Below are positions 9,592 to 20,064 of a stretch of DNA of 64,000 bases, piece by piece. The notes under the pieces were generated by a model. It was not told the DNA's origin. It saw only the letters and a list, made by a program, of their open reading frames with translations, and ran no database searches. The position numbers were made by a program, and so were the translations under genes. Positions within the stretch are counted from its first letter, which is position 1; every line of letters starts with the position of its first letter. Source of the stretch: Moorena producens (GTDB taxonomy: Bacteria; Cyanobacteriota; Cyanobacteriia; Cyanobacteriales; Coleofasciculaceae); NCBI RefSeq assembly GCF_965240435.1, contig NZ_CBDEKO010000003.1; one strand, written 5' to 3'.

Positions 9592-10656
9592 ATGCTTGAT
9601 ACAAATTCAGTTTTAGACGTATTACGACCGGTACAAGACCCCGAACTCCAGAAGAGTTTGGTGGAATTAAATATGATCCGCAATGTCAAGGTTGACAACG
9701 GTACAGTCAGTTTTACCTTAGTGTTGACTACCCCAGCCTGTCCCTTGCGGGAATTTATTGTAGAGGATTGCCAGAAGGCAGTGAAACAGCTATCGGGAGT
9801 AGAAGAGGTAGTCGTGGATGTTACCGCTGAAACACCTCAGCAAAAATCCTTGCCTGACCGCACTGGTATTGAGGGCGTAAAAAATATTCTAGCCATTTCC
9901 AGTGGTAAGGGGGGAGTCGGTAAGAGTACTGTTGCGGTAAATGTGGCAGTTACTTTGGCTCAGTTGGGGGCAAAAGTGGGTCTCCTAGACGCTGATATCT
10001 ATGGTCCAAATGCTCCAGCTATGCTGGGATTAGCTGATGCCAAAGTGATGGTTCAGAAAGGAAAACAGGGGGATGTCATCGAGCCAGCCTTCAACCACGG
10101 TGTCAAGCTAGTGTCCATGGGATTTCTAATTGATCCAGACCAGCCAGTGATTTGGCGCGGACCGATGTTAAATGGGATTATTCGCCAGTTCCTCTATCAG
10201 GTAGAGTGGGGTGAATTGGACTATCTGATTGTGGATATGCCACCAGGCACTGGGGATGCTCAGCTAACCTTAGCCCAAGCAGTACCGATGGCAGGAGCAG
10301 TAATTGTGACAACACCCCAAAATGTCGCTCTGTTAGACTCCCGCCGAGGCTTGAAAATGTTCGAGCAAATGGGAGTCCCGGTGTTGGGAATAGTAGAAAA
10401 TATGAGTTACTTTATCCCACCAGACTTGCCCGACCGTCAGTATGACCTGTTTGGCTCTGGAGGAGGTGAAAAAACATCAAAAGAACTAGGGATTCCCTTG
10501 CTCGGTTGTATTCCCCTAGAAATTTCCCTACGCCAGGGAGGGGATCAAGGATTGCCCATCGCGGTTGGCAATCCAGAGTCAGCCTCCGCTAAAGCACTGG
10601 TAGCGATCGCATCTCAGATTGCTGCCAAAGTTTCCATTGCTGCCCTGTCTAATTGA
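9592..10656 (+). CDS. apbC: Mrp/ApbC family Fe-S cluster carrier ATPase with N-terminal DUF59-like domain
   Basis: ORF track 354 aa. Walker A SGKGGVGKST, with the conserved CxxC region near the C-terminus. Confidence 0.85.
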   Translation: MLDTNSVLDVLRPVQDPELQKSLVELNMIRNVKVDNGTVSFTLVLTTPACPLREFIVEDCQKAVKQLSGVEEVVVDVTAETPQQKSLPDRTGIEGVKNILAISSGKGGVGKSTVAVNVAVTLAQLGAKVGLLDADIYGPNAPAMLGLADAKVMVQKGKQGDVIEPAFNHGVKLVSMGFLIDPDQPVIWRGPMLNGIIRQFLYQVEWGELDYLIVDMPPGTGDAQLTLAQAVPMAGAVIVTTPQNVALLDSRRGLKMFEQMGVPVLGIVENMSYFIPPDLPDRQYDLFGSGGGEKTSKELGIPLLGCIPLEISLRQGGDQGLPIAVGNPESASAKALVAIASQIAAKVSIAALSN

Positions 10657-10767
10657 TAAGAACTCAAACATAGAACATGGAAAATCACCATTAACAATTT
10701 TCTGAGGGTTAATACCTAATAGCTCATAGCTAATATAGGTACCCTAAATAAATTGTGATAATTTTTC

Positions 10768-10846
10768 TTCCCTGCTCCCTACTCCCTACTCCCTACTCCC
10801 TACTCCCTGTTCCCTATTCCCTATTCCCTATTCCCTGTTCCCTTTG
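10768..10846. repeat. STRR-like heptamer tandem repeat (CCCTACT/TCCCTAT family)
   Basis: ccctactccctactccctactccctactccctgttccctattccctattccc, read directly. Confidence 0.85.
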
Positions 10847-10869
10847 CTCTAGCTCATACCTCATAACTG

Positions 10870-12138
10870 ATGGTACAAATTAATAAATTTAGAATTAGAA
10901 ATAGTATTCGTTGGCGGCTGTTGTGGGCCCCCTGGCAAGACTTAGACTGGCAACTGTTATTCCTGACTGTGGGGCTAACCATCTTTGGGGCAGTGATGAT
11001 TCGCTCTGCAGCCATCGACAATGGTGGAAACTATTGGGTCTCCCACTTGCTCATTGGTGGTATTGGACTGTTCATCGCTCTATTCATTTCGCGATCGCGC
11101 TATCAATCCCTGGTCCAATGGCATTGGGTAATTTACGCCATCACCAATCTGTCCTTAATTGCTGTAATGATTATCGGTGCCAGTGCTAAGGGTGCTCAGC
11201 GTTGGGTTACGATTGGAGGGTTTAATGTTCAACCCTCAGAATTTGCCAAGATCGGGTTGATTATTACTCTAGCTGCCATCTTGCACAAACGACCCGCTAC
11301 TACCATTCCAGCAGTAATAGCAGCTTTAGCAGTAACTATAGTACCTTGGGCATTAGTGTTTGGGCAGCCTGATCTCGGAACATCCTTGGTGTTTGGGGCA
11401 ATTACCTTGAGTATGCTTTACTGGGCAAATGCCAATCCCGGCTGGTTGGTTCTGTTGATTTCCCCTCTGGTGTCAGCCATTTTGTTCAGTATATCTTTAC
11501 CTGCATGGTATACCTGGTCTGCTGTGATTACACTCATTGCCTTCCTCAGTCTGCCTTGGCGCTGGTTGGGAGCCTTGGGTACCCTGGTTATTAACCTAGT
11601 TGTTGGACCGTTAGGAAAAGTCTTCTGGAATCTGTTGAAGGACTATCAAAAAGACCGATTAACGCTCTTTTTGAACCCCGATCTAGACCCCCTCGGAGGA
11701 GGGTATCACCTAATTCAGTCTCGGATTGGTATCGGTGCTGGTCAAGTTTGGGGAAGGGGACTAAACCAGGGAACTCAAACTCAACTCCACTTTATCCCGG
11801 AACAGCATACTGACTTTATTTTCTCAGCCATTGGTGAAGAACTAGGCTTTGTAGGTTGCTTGTGTATTTTATTAGCCTTGTGGTGGTTGTGCCTACGCTT
11901 GGTGCTGATTGCTCAGAATGCTAAAGACAACTTTGGCTCTCTGGTAACAATTGGCGTGCTCTCAATGATTGTGTTTCAAACCGTGATCAACATTGGGATG
12001 ACTATTGGCTTAGCTCCCATCACAGGAATTCCTCTACCTTTACTCAGTTACGGTCGTTCAGCCCTACTAAGCAACTTTCTTGGCCTAGGGTTGGCCCAAG
12101 CAGTGGCCAATTATCGACAGCGATTGAAGTTTCAATGA
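10870..12138 (+). CDS. SEDS family peptidoglycan glycosyltransferase (FtsW/RodA/SpoVE)
   Basis: ORF track 422 aa. Ten predicted TM segments, and a conserved FIPEQHTDFIFSAIGEELGFVG loop. Confidence 0.8.
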   Translation: MVQINKFRIRNSIRWRLLWAPWQDLDWQLLFLTVGLTIFGAVMIRSAAIDNGGNYWVSHLLIGGIGLFIALFISRSRYQSLVQWHWVIYAITNLSLIAVMIIGASAKGAQRWVTIGGFNVQPSEFAKIGLIITLAAILHKRPATTIPAVIAALAVTIVPWALVFGQPDLGTSLVFGAITLSMLYWANANPGWLVLLISPLVSAILFSISLPAWYTWSAVITLIAFLSLPWRWLGALGTLVINLVVGPLGKVFWNLLKDYQKDRLTLFLNPDLDPLGGGYHLIQSRIGIGAGQVWGRGLNQGTQTQLHFIPEQHTDFIFSAIGEELGFVGCLCILLALWWLCLRLVLIAQNAKDNFGSLVTIGVLSMIVFQTVINIGMTIGLAPITGIPLPLLSYGRSALLSNFLGLGLAQAVANYRQRLKFQ

Positions 12139-12220
12139 GTTATGGGTTATAAGATACTGGATGACTAATAAGTCCAATAGCTCCTATCCTAGTAAAGGAA
12201 ATCTAAGTTTTTAGGCACTC

Positions 12221-12412
12221 ATGATTTTTCCAGGTTCTATAGTTCGCGTAATTAATGTAGACGATACCTATTATCGCTTTGAGGGGCTAGTACAGCGGGT
12301 TAGTGATGGTAAAGCAGCTGTGCTGTTTGAAGGAGGTAACTGGGATAAACTAGTGACGTTTCAGCTGTCGGAAATCGAAGAGGTGAAACCAAAAATTGGT
12401 AAAAAGGGTTAG
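12221..12412 (+). CDS. Small SH3-like protein, probable NDH-1 subunit NdhS-like
   Basis: 63 aa [47 protein letters not shown]. From memory this closely resembles cyanobacterial NdhS (Ssl0352-type). Confidence 0.45.
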   Translation: MIFPGSIVRVINVDDTYYRFEGLVQRVSDGKAAVLFEGGNWDKLVTFQLSEIEEVKPKIGKKG

Positions 12413-12480
12413 TGGACAGGCATAGATCAAAGAGATCAATAACTAATGACTAATGACTAATCATGACTAATCGCTAAACC

Positions 12481-13149
12481 ATGCGCCTTCCCTTACCCCA
12501 GTTTACTCCCAGCAATCGCTCAGAACATCACCTTGCTGAGGTGATTGAAACAGCAACTACAGAATTTCTAGCTCAATGTTTAGAGCCAGAAGATCTAAGC
12601 TTTCCGGTCATGCCTCCCTTTGGCAGCTGGGTAAAATCTGTAGATGATGAGTCAGGTAATCAAATTTTTGCTGTAGTTTATTATGCTACGACTAGCCCGA
12701 TTGACTCGGTTCATCGAGCAACAGCTTTAGGATTGTCACTGGCAGAATTACGTGAGCAGCAGCCTCAGATTTTTGCCATGCTCAAAACTGAGTTTCGTGC
12801 TGCCATCGTTGGGTTTATGTCTTCCGAAGAGGGTGTTAATGGTTTTAGCAACCATCACGGTCGAGTCTATCAGTATCTTCCACCCCGTCCACCGCAAATT
12901 CATCAACCTGTCTACCAGTGTGAACCATCAGAGGTTATTCACTTTAGTGAACAGTTGGATTTTTTGCGAACACTTTTGGAAGTCAATGGTGCCCCAGTAG
13001 ACCCACTGACAGCAGCTGTGATTAGGGAAGTTTATCGTCTTCGTCAGACTGACCGCGACTGGTTAGTCAAGGCCGGACGAACCTTGAGTGTCTTACTTAA
13101 GGATGATTATGACCGCTTGCGGTATATTTTGAGTCAAATTCATTGTTGA
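12481..13149 (+). CDS. Conserved hypothetical protein
   Basis: ORF track 222 aa. No recognisable motifs. Its stop codon abuts the TnpB element's right-end hairpin. Confidence 0.45.
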   Translation: MRLPLPQFTPSNRSEHHLAEVIETATTEFLAQCLEPEDLSFPVMPPFGSWVKSVDDESGNQIFAVVYYATTSPIDSVHRATALGLSLAELREQQPQIFAMLKTEFRAAIVGFMSSEEGVNGFSNHHGRVYQYLPPRPPQIHQPVYQCEPSEVIHFSEQLDFLRTLLEVNGAPVDPLTAAVIREVYRLRQTDRDWLVKAGRTLSVLLKDDYDRLRYILSQIHC

Positions 13150-13178
13150 CATCTCCCCCGGTTGAAACACGGGGGATT

Positions 13179-14570
13179 CTACGAGGTTGTTACGTGGCAG
13201 GTTGAAACCGTGCTACGTAACAACCTCGTTCGATATGATTTTTTCAGGGATTTGAAAATGTCATATCGATGTGGAACTGTCAAAAATTCCCTACTCACCT
13301 TGGCTAGATCAATACCTAGCTGTGTGGCTACTTTTCTAGCGATGTTAGTCGCTCCATTACAATCAGCGTTAATCAGGCACCCAGAAGAAGTTTTGTACAA
13401 TCCACGCTTCACTCTTTTCCCTGACGGTTTCCAGTTCTTGGGTTTTTCACCATAATTTGGAAGGCTGTCTTTGTCTAGGCAAGACGCTTTACTGGTGTAC
13501 GCTTCTTCGGTAATTGTCAGCTTAATCCCATATTCAGGGCAAAGTTGTTCAAGTCTATTGATTAATCTTTTTGTTGGGATAACTACAAAGTTCTGATTGC
13601 CCCGCTTTCCTATATTGATTGAATCTTTTTGGCGTTCGTTCCAGCCAATTATCAAGTTTCCTACGCGATCACTAAGACAACGGTTAATAATAAACCTGGC
13701 GGCTTTATTAATTGCATCTCGCATCTGGTTGTTTCGTTTCCGTTGGACACGATCGAGATTGGAATCCCAATAAAACTCGGGCTTACCAGTTTTATACTTT
13801 GCAACCAAACGAGCATACCCTTGGTTCATTGATTTAAGCTTACGACCATCAATGATTAGGCTTTTTCCGTGGGTCGAAACTCCGGTCAGCCAATTATCGC
13901 CACCGTGATCAAAACTCCATGCCTGTGAGTAATCAAGATTTGGGTTACTCTCTACCGGTTTCTTTCCGTCATCAATTACCCAATCGATCCACAGCTGCCC
14001 CAGATATGGGCGAACAGTTACTTCATTGACCCAATCTGGATCAATGAAATCTGGAGCTTGCAAAGTAATTTTAGTAAGCAGATCTGGTTTGCTTTCTTTA
14101 CTTATTGACGGACAAAACAGACCTTCTTTGTAAGTGAGAGCCTGTCTAGGAAAAGTAACAGCAGCCAATCCCCCTTTCTTTCGGTACCTAAGAAGTTTTG
14201 GTCTATCTACTTGGCCTTTGTAGTATAGACCGACAAGTTGGTTATAACTTGTGATTGACTCGGCTACAGATTTAAGGGTTTGTTGTGCCGACTGAGCGGC
14301 CATGGCCTTGTAATGTGGGTTATCTTTCAGTTCTCTACAAAGTTCTGCGTATTTGGTGCTGCACTTGTAAGTTTTCCAGCCATAGCGCAGAATTTCATCT
14401 TTCCAATAAGTTGTATAAGCTTCTGGTTGCTGTTCTAACCATTTGTAATGCTTTTGTTTAGAATAATAAGTCGCACAATTCCATAAGTTGTTAGCATTTT
14501 CACATTGGAACACCCAGAAAGCTTTATCCTCGTCTGAGAAGTCAGCTCTTACTGAAACCGTCCTATACAT
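13179..14570 (-). CDS. tnpB: TnpB (IS605 OrfB family RNA-guided endonuclease)
   Basis: ORF track 463 aa. RuvC-I SFDHG. RuvC-II E in ITEEAYTSK. Zn finger C-x-x-C...CLINADCNG. RuvC-III NADCNGATNIARK. Confidence 0.9.
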   Translation of the reverse strand: MYRTVSVRADFSDEDKAFWVFQCENANNLWNCATYYSKQKHYKWLEQQPEAYTTYWKDEILRYGWKTYKCSTKYAELCRELKDNPHYKAMAAQSAQQTLKSVAESITSYNQLVGLYYKGQVDRPKLLRYRKKGGLAAVTFPRQALTYKEGLFCPSISKESKPDLLTKITLQAPDFIDPDWVNEVTVRPYLGQLWIDWVIDDGKKPVESNPNLDYSQAWSFDHGGDNWLTGVSTHGKSLIIDGRKLKSMNQGYARLVAKYKTGKPEFYWDSNLDRVQRKRNNQMRDAINKAARFIINRCLSDRVGNLIIGWNERQKDSINIGKRGNQNFVVIPTKRLINRLEQLCPEYGIKLTITEEAYTSKASCLDKDSLPNYGEKPKNWKPSGKRVKRGLYKTSSGCLINADCNGATNIARKVATQLGIDLAKVSREFLTVPHRYDIFKSLKKSYRTRLLRSTVSTCHVTTS

Positions 14571-14615
14571 TTGTCATCACCTCCTTGGTTTGTTAGAATA
14601 CCTTCAGTATAGACG

Positions 14616-14828
14616 TTGGTTCTAAACATGTCAACAACAAATGAGCGGAAAACAAAAAAAAGGATGAGGGGGATACCCGTACATCATGATGAACTAAAAA
14701 AGCCCCATACAGTTTGGCTTACCGGGGCTGCGTGGAAGTGGCTTCAATTGTCAGCTAAAGAGTCAAATACTAGTGTTGGGGAATTTCTGGAAAATTGGAT
14801 AAGAAAAGAGATGGACACGACTGGATAA
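14616..14828 (+). CDS. Hypothetical small basic protein inside the TnpB element (in the tnpA position, but not TnpA-like)
   Basis: 70 aa. No HuH motif. Coding status uncertain. Confidence 0.25.
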   Translation: MVLNMSTTNERKTKKRMRGIPVHHDELKKPHTVWLTGAAWKWLQLSAKESNTSVGEFLENWIRKEMDTTG

Positions 14829-15016
14829 ATCCAGTCTCTGAGTTTCACCCTCTATGCAAGAAAAGGGAGGCTCTAACATTTCAGGATGTTTTGGTAGTAT
14901 CGTCATCCCCCGTTAACCCTCACGGGTATAATGGGGGATGACTACGAATTACTTGACAAATTACTTTTTTAGTTTCCTGGTTATAAAAGTCGAAGTAACG
15001 GTTAATACATATTTCT

Positions 15017-15102
15017 GTTTCCCTATTCCCTACTCCCTATTCCCTATTCCCTATTCCCTATTCCCTATTCCCTATTCCCTACTCCCTATTCCCTATTCCC
15101 TT
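15017..15102. repeat. STRR-like heptamer tandem repeat (TTCCCTA/CTCCCTA)
   Basis: About 12 heptamer units read directly. The spurious ORF 14938-15129 (FPIPYSL repeats) is its translation. Confidence 0.85.
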
Positions 15103-15569
15103 TACTCATTACCAGCTTCATCAATTTGAGCCTCCAATTGGGCTACCTTTTGCTCCAGCTGTTGCTTTTCCAATTTCAAGTTTTCTGCTAAGGCTTCAAT
15201 TTTTTCGCGACGTGCTTCTACTTCTAAATCGCGGATATCTAACCCTTGGCTTTTCAAGGTTAGCTCTTGCCGCCATTGTTCAGCCCGTTTCATTTCTTCC
15301 TCTAAAAAGGTAGACTTAACCTCAGCTGTTAAATACTTCTTGACTAAATCTAACACCCAATCGGTGGCAGATTGAATAGTGATCACCTCTTGAGTTTCAG
15401 CCAGATCGATTAAGACTAAGCAACCTTCTTTAAAAGCTTGGGAATTAGTAAACGCCACAGGTCTTGGCTCAATGACTTCCCAGAATTGATCAGAGTTTTG
15501 GCGGGCAAGTAGTTGTAATTGGAGCCCGCCAAAATCATCATTGTCTTGAACTTGAGCTAGGTGTAGCAT
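15102..15569 (-). CDS. Hypothetical protein with C-terminal coiled coil
   Basis: ORF track 155 aa. C-terminal heptad-rich segment EEEMKRAEQWRQELTLKSQGLDIRDLEVEARREKIEALAENLKLEKQQLEQKVAQLEAQIDE. Confidence 0.45.
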   Translation of the reverse strand: MLHLAQVQDNDDFGGLQLQLLARQNSDQFWEVIEPRPVAFTNSQAFKEGCLVLIDLAETQEVITIQSATDWVLDLVKKYLTAEVKSTFLEEEMKRAEQWRQELTLKSQGLDIRDLEVEARREKIEALAENLKLEKQQLEQKVAQLEAQIDEAGNE

Positions 15570-15591
15570 TATCGGTTTGATTGAAATCTGT

Positions 15592-18500
15592 TTAAAGTCT
15601 ATTTAAGCGATCGCGTAAAATAGACTCTTGCTTTTTAGCCTCAGCTAAAGCCTCTTGAGCACCCTTAACCACAGCTTCTGGAGCTTTACTCACAAAGTTC
15701 TTATTACCCAGACGCCCAGACAAGGATTTGACTTCCGCCTCTACTTTACGTAACTTCTTTTCTAACTTAGCCCGTAGAGCATCCACATCCACCACACCAG
15801 TAGGGGAATTAGCACCTGGACAGTACCGACTACACCCGCCATGGTATTTTTAACCTCTTTGTCCAAGGCTGGAGTGATGGTTAATTGATTGACCTTACCT
15901 AAGTCTTTGATATAGGCAAGACCCGCCTCCAATATTTGACATTCGTCACTGTTGCTGCTTTGCAGAATAACAGGTGCGGTCACCCCTGGTTTAATCTCTG
16001 CCTCAGCCCGGAGGTTGCGGATAGTACGGATTGTACCGATCAGCAGCTCAAACCTTTGCTCTAGTTCTGAGTCAATTAGAGAACTTGGGGATATAGAAGA
16101 TTGGGTATTGCCTATTGACGAAAGGTCATGGTCTATTTTAACCTGCACCTCTTCTATATCTTTGATATCTTCTATATCTTTAATATCTTCTCCCTGTTTG
16201 ATATTCCCATCAATCATCCCCATGTTGGACTCAATTTTCTTCAATTCCGAGGATTGCTGAGTGTCTTCTTTACCAACAATTTCTGCTTTGATGGATTGAA
16301 TTTTGTCCGATAACTCTTGACGATTCTCAGCCTTGAGCACATAACGGGAAACAAACCAAATGGCATATCCTAGACCAATCAGTTCTAAGCTAGTTGAGAG
16401 TAAGGAAATGCGATTGAGCGCACCCACGAAGGCTGTGAGGATATTGAGGGCAATAATTCCTCCCACAACCAACCCTGCTGCGATTATCGGTTGTTTGTAG
16501 TCCTCGAACAACGTCTTAGAAAGTTTTGGCAGTTTAGACAATACAGCTACAGTTTGGTTAGAGATTTCCTTGTCCTTAGACAACGATGTTTCTGACCTCG
16601 GTGATTGGGCATCAGGGTAATCGGAAAGCGCACCTTGATTATCGGTTAATTTATTAACGGTTAGCAGTTCGCTGTCCGTGGTCTGTAGTTCTTTTTCCCC
16701 AGTTTCACCATCTAGGTACTCTATAGGATAAGGTTGTAGCGCCAACACCTGCCCAGATTTTTGGGTCAAGGTGTGCCAGATTTCTTCAGTGATATGGGGC
16801 ATGAAGGGATGGAGTAGCTTGAGGATACCCTCTAAAACGTAAGCTAGAGTTTGCTGTGCCACAACCCGCGACGGAGAATTGGCATCCTGACGCAGTCTGG
16901 ATTTGACCAGTTCAATGTACCAATCACAAAAATCACCCCAGATGAACTCATACAGTCCCTTAGCCGCTTCTCCCAAGGCATAAGCATCTAGATAATCCCT
17001 AGTTTGACGCACCACTTGATGAAAACGGGAAAGAATCCAGCGATCGCATAATTCCAATGCCTCTACTTTTGGTTGACCCAATTCTTCAGGAGTCTTACCA
17101 TCAAGGTTTAGCATTACAAACCGGGCTGCATTCCACAGTTTATTGGCAAAATTGCGGGATGCTTCTACAGAAGCTGACTCATCCGTCTTGCGGTTATACT
17201 CTAATCGGATATCTTGACCGGCACCTGCCACTTCCCGAACCAAGGTATAGCGCACGGCATCCGTACCATACTTGTCAATCAGGATTAACGGGTCAATACC
17301 ATTGTTAGCCGACTTAGACATTTTCTTATTGTTTTCATCCCGCACTAGCCCGTGGATGTAAACACTCTTAAACGGCATTTTACCCGTAAAATGTCCTGCC
17401 ATCATGGTCATGCGGGCAACCCAGAAGAAAATGATGTCAAAACCTGTTACCAGGGTGGTAGTCGGATAGTAAGTCTTCAAATCCTTAGTCTCCTCAGGCC
17501 ACCCCATAGTCGAGAATGGCCACAATCCTGAAGAAAACCAGGTATCCAGCACATCTGAGTCTTGCTCTAGCTTGACATTTTCTCCAAATTTTGCTATTGC
17601 TTTCTTCTTAGCCTCTGCTTCATGGTGAGCCACAATAAACGGAGTCTCGCTAGTGATTGTCCCATTGGTTTCACTCACCACATACCAAGCCGGAATTTGG
17701 TGTCCCCACCAGAGTTGGCGGGAGATACACCAGTCTTTTAATTTCACCAGCCAATCTCGGTAGACCTTCGTCCAGCGTTCCGGGATAAATACCGGTGAAT
17801 GGTGCTGGTCAAGAGACTCTAGGGCTCTGTCAGCTAGGGGGCGAATTTTGACAAACCATTGCGTTGAGATTAGGGGTTCAACAGGAACCTTTCCGCGATC
17901 GCTATAGGGTACCGTATGTTTGTAGTCCTCTACCTTAACCAACACTTCTTCTGCTTCCAGCTGCTTCACCACATTTTTCCGGGCTTCAAACCGGTCTTGT
18001 CCTTGGAAAGAGCCAGCCTTTTCATTTAACGTGCCATTCTTATTCATGATATTAATGAATGGCAGACTATGACGCTGACCCATTTGAAAGTCATTAGGGT
18101 CATGGGCTGGAGTTACCTTGACGCAACCGGTGCCAAACCCTGGATCAACCAACTCATCAGCAATAATCGGAATTTTTCGTCCCATAATTGGCAAGGTTAC
18201 AGTTTTACCAATTAAATCCTGGTAGCGTTCATCATTAGGATTAACTGCAACCGCCGTATCTCCCAACATAGTTTCTGGTCTAGTGGTAGCTACTTCCACA
18301 AAACCATTGCTATCAGTCAGGGGATATCGAAAATGCCACAAATGCCCATCAACTTCCTTATTTTCCACTTCCAAATCTGAAACAGCGGACTCCGAGGCTG
18401 GACACCAGTTGACCATATATTCGCCCCGATAAATCAGTCCCTGATCATAGAGTTGAACAAAGGCTTCAATTACTGCTTTCGATAAGCCTTCATCCATCGT

Positions 18501-18947
18501 GAACCGTTCCCGCGACCAATCTACCGAGACCCCCAAACGCCTCAGCTGGTTAACGATGGTGCCACCTGATTCTTCCTTCCACTCCCAAGCCCGTTCAAGA
18601 AACTTTTCCCGTCCCAAGTCATAGCGGGTTTTGCCTTCAGCTTCTAGCTGTCTATCGAGAATGGTTTGTACAGCAATACTAGCGTGGTCAGTTCCTGGTA
18701 GCCACAGGGTATTGCGTCCTGTCATCCGGTGGTAACGGACGAGGGTGTCGATCAGAGCACTCTCGAAGGCGTGACCCATGTGCAACTTCCCAGTAACGTT
18801 AGGTGGGGGGATAACAACGCAATAGGGTTCACCCTGGTGATTGGGGTCAGCTTTGAAGACTTGGTTTTCTTCCCAGTATTGTTGCCACTTGGCTTCGGTG
18901 GTTTTCGGTTCGTATTTGGTTGCCAGGGTGGGTGTGGTTGCGGTCAT
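15592..18947 (-). CDS. valS: Valyl-tRNA synthetase with CAAD membrane-anchor insertion; reading frame broken by a 1-nt frameshift near 15797
   Basis: The 1061-aa ORF has class I HMGH ([15 protein letters not shown]) and KMSKS motifs. The separate 67-aa ORF 15592-15795 ([14 protein letters not shown]...) is the canonical ValRS C-terminal coiled coil. The joint ...TVQVLIPL|TGVVDVDAL needs one extra base. Confidence 0.85.
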
Positions 18948-19227
18948 GCTGGGAATGGTGAATAGATGGGCTTACCTCAATTTTGCCACAGGCTCAAGCA
19001 TAGTTAAGGAGATGAACTGCAAATACGGGAAGGATGCGTGCGGCATAAAAGCAGGGGAGCATGAGTTGGTGGGGAGTCACCAAATACCTGTCCAGCTAAT
19101 ATATCGATAAGTATAGAAAAGCGAGTCGTCTTCGCGGTTGATCAATCGAGATCAACACTTGAGAGTTACCCTATCAGCATTTATAAAAATTTTCACATCC
19201 ACAGTGAGATAAAGTGTCATGCTTATC

Positions 19228-19265
19228 AAAAAAAACCCCCCGTCCTTATAGGACGGCTTTATGTT
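19228..19265. terminator. Bidirectional rho-independent terminator
   Basis: aaaaaaaa-ccccccgtcc-ttata-ggacgg-ctttatgtt. On the minus strand the stem is followed by GGGG and T8. Confidence 0.5.
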
Positions 19266-19618
19266 ACCATCAAGATGGTCAATGACCCACCCGAGACGAT
19301 GGATTCAGACAGCCTATACGAGCGAAGTCCAGTAACCTGGCGGCGCAGCAAAATCGGTAGACCGGGAAAAGATGACAGGGCAATGGAAGGCCAACCCTCG
19401 AATCACGCATTACATCAAGACTTTTCTTGAAACTCGACACGTGAGAACCGCAGGACTTGCGGGGATAGTCTGTGGAGCGAACGTAAGACCATAAAACCCC
19501 GGTTAGGGTGGAGGCTGTTGCATTGAAGCAGAAACCTAAATCGTGAGGTTTAGGAATCGCCTTTCTTCTAGGACGGTGAGGATGTCAACATATAACAAAT
19601 GAATAGCAGAATAACTGA

Positions 19619-19969
<351 letters not shown>

Positions 19970-20064
19970 ATACCCTATATACCAACACAGCTGAGGCACG
20001 GTTTACCGAGTTAGCGTGTCTCAGTTGATTTTTATAGGGAGTTGAGGGTTTTAGCCACCGCTAG

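Larger units (their letters stand above)
13150..14945. mobile_element. IS200/IS605-family TnpB-only element
   Basis: tnpB lies between two related terminal hairpins: tcccccggttgaaacacggggga (13154-13177) plus gttacgtggcagg...ccgtgctacgtaac, and gtcatcccccgttaaccctcacgggtataatgggggatgac (14902-14942). No HuH TnpA is present. Confidence 0.55.

Noticed and set aside
10911-11189. Internal and antisense ORFs inside long genes (10911-11189 within the SEDS gene; also 16128-16313, 41718-41918, 62564-62782 and similar)
   Set aside because: They overlap well-supported long CDSs in other frames and show no motifs. Several are low-complexity mirror translations.
14938-15129. 63-aa ORF with FPIPYSL repeats
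   Set aside because: Direct translation of the TTCCCTA heptamer array (7 nt x 3 = 7 aa periodicity). Not a gene.
15592-15795. Treating the 67-aa ORF as an independent small gene downstream of valS
   Set aside because: Its sequence is the canonical ValRS C-terminal coiled coil and overlaps the valS ORF end. It is the continuation of valS across a 1-nt frameshift.
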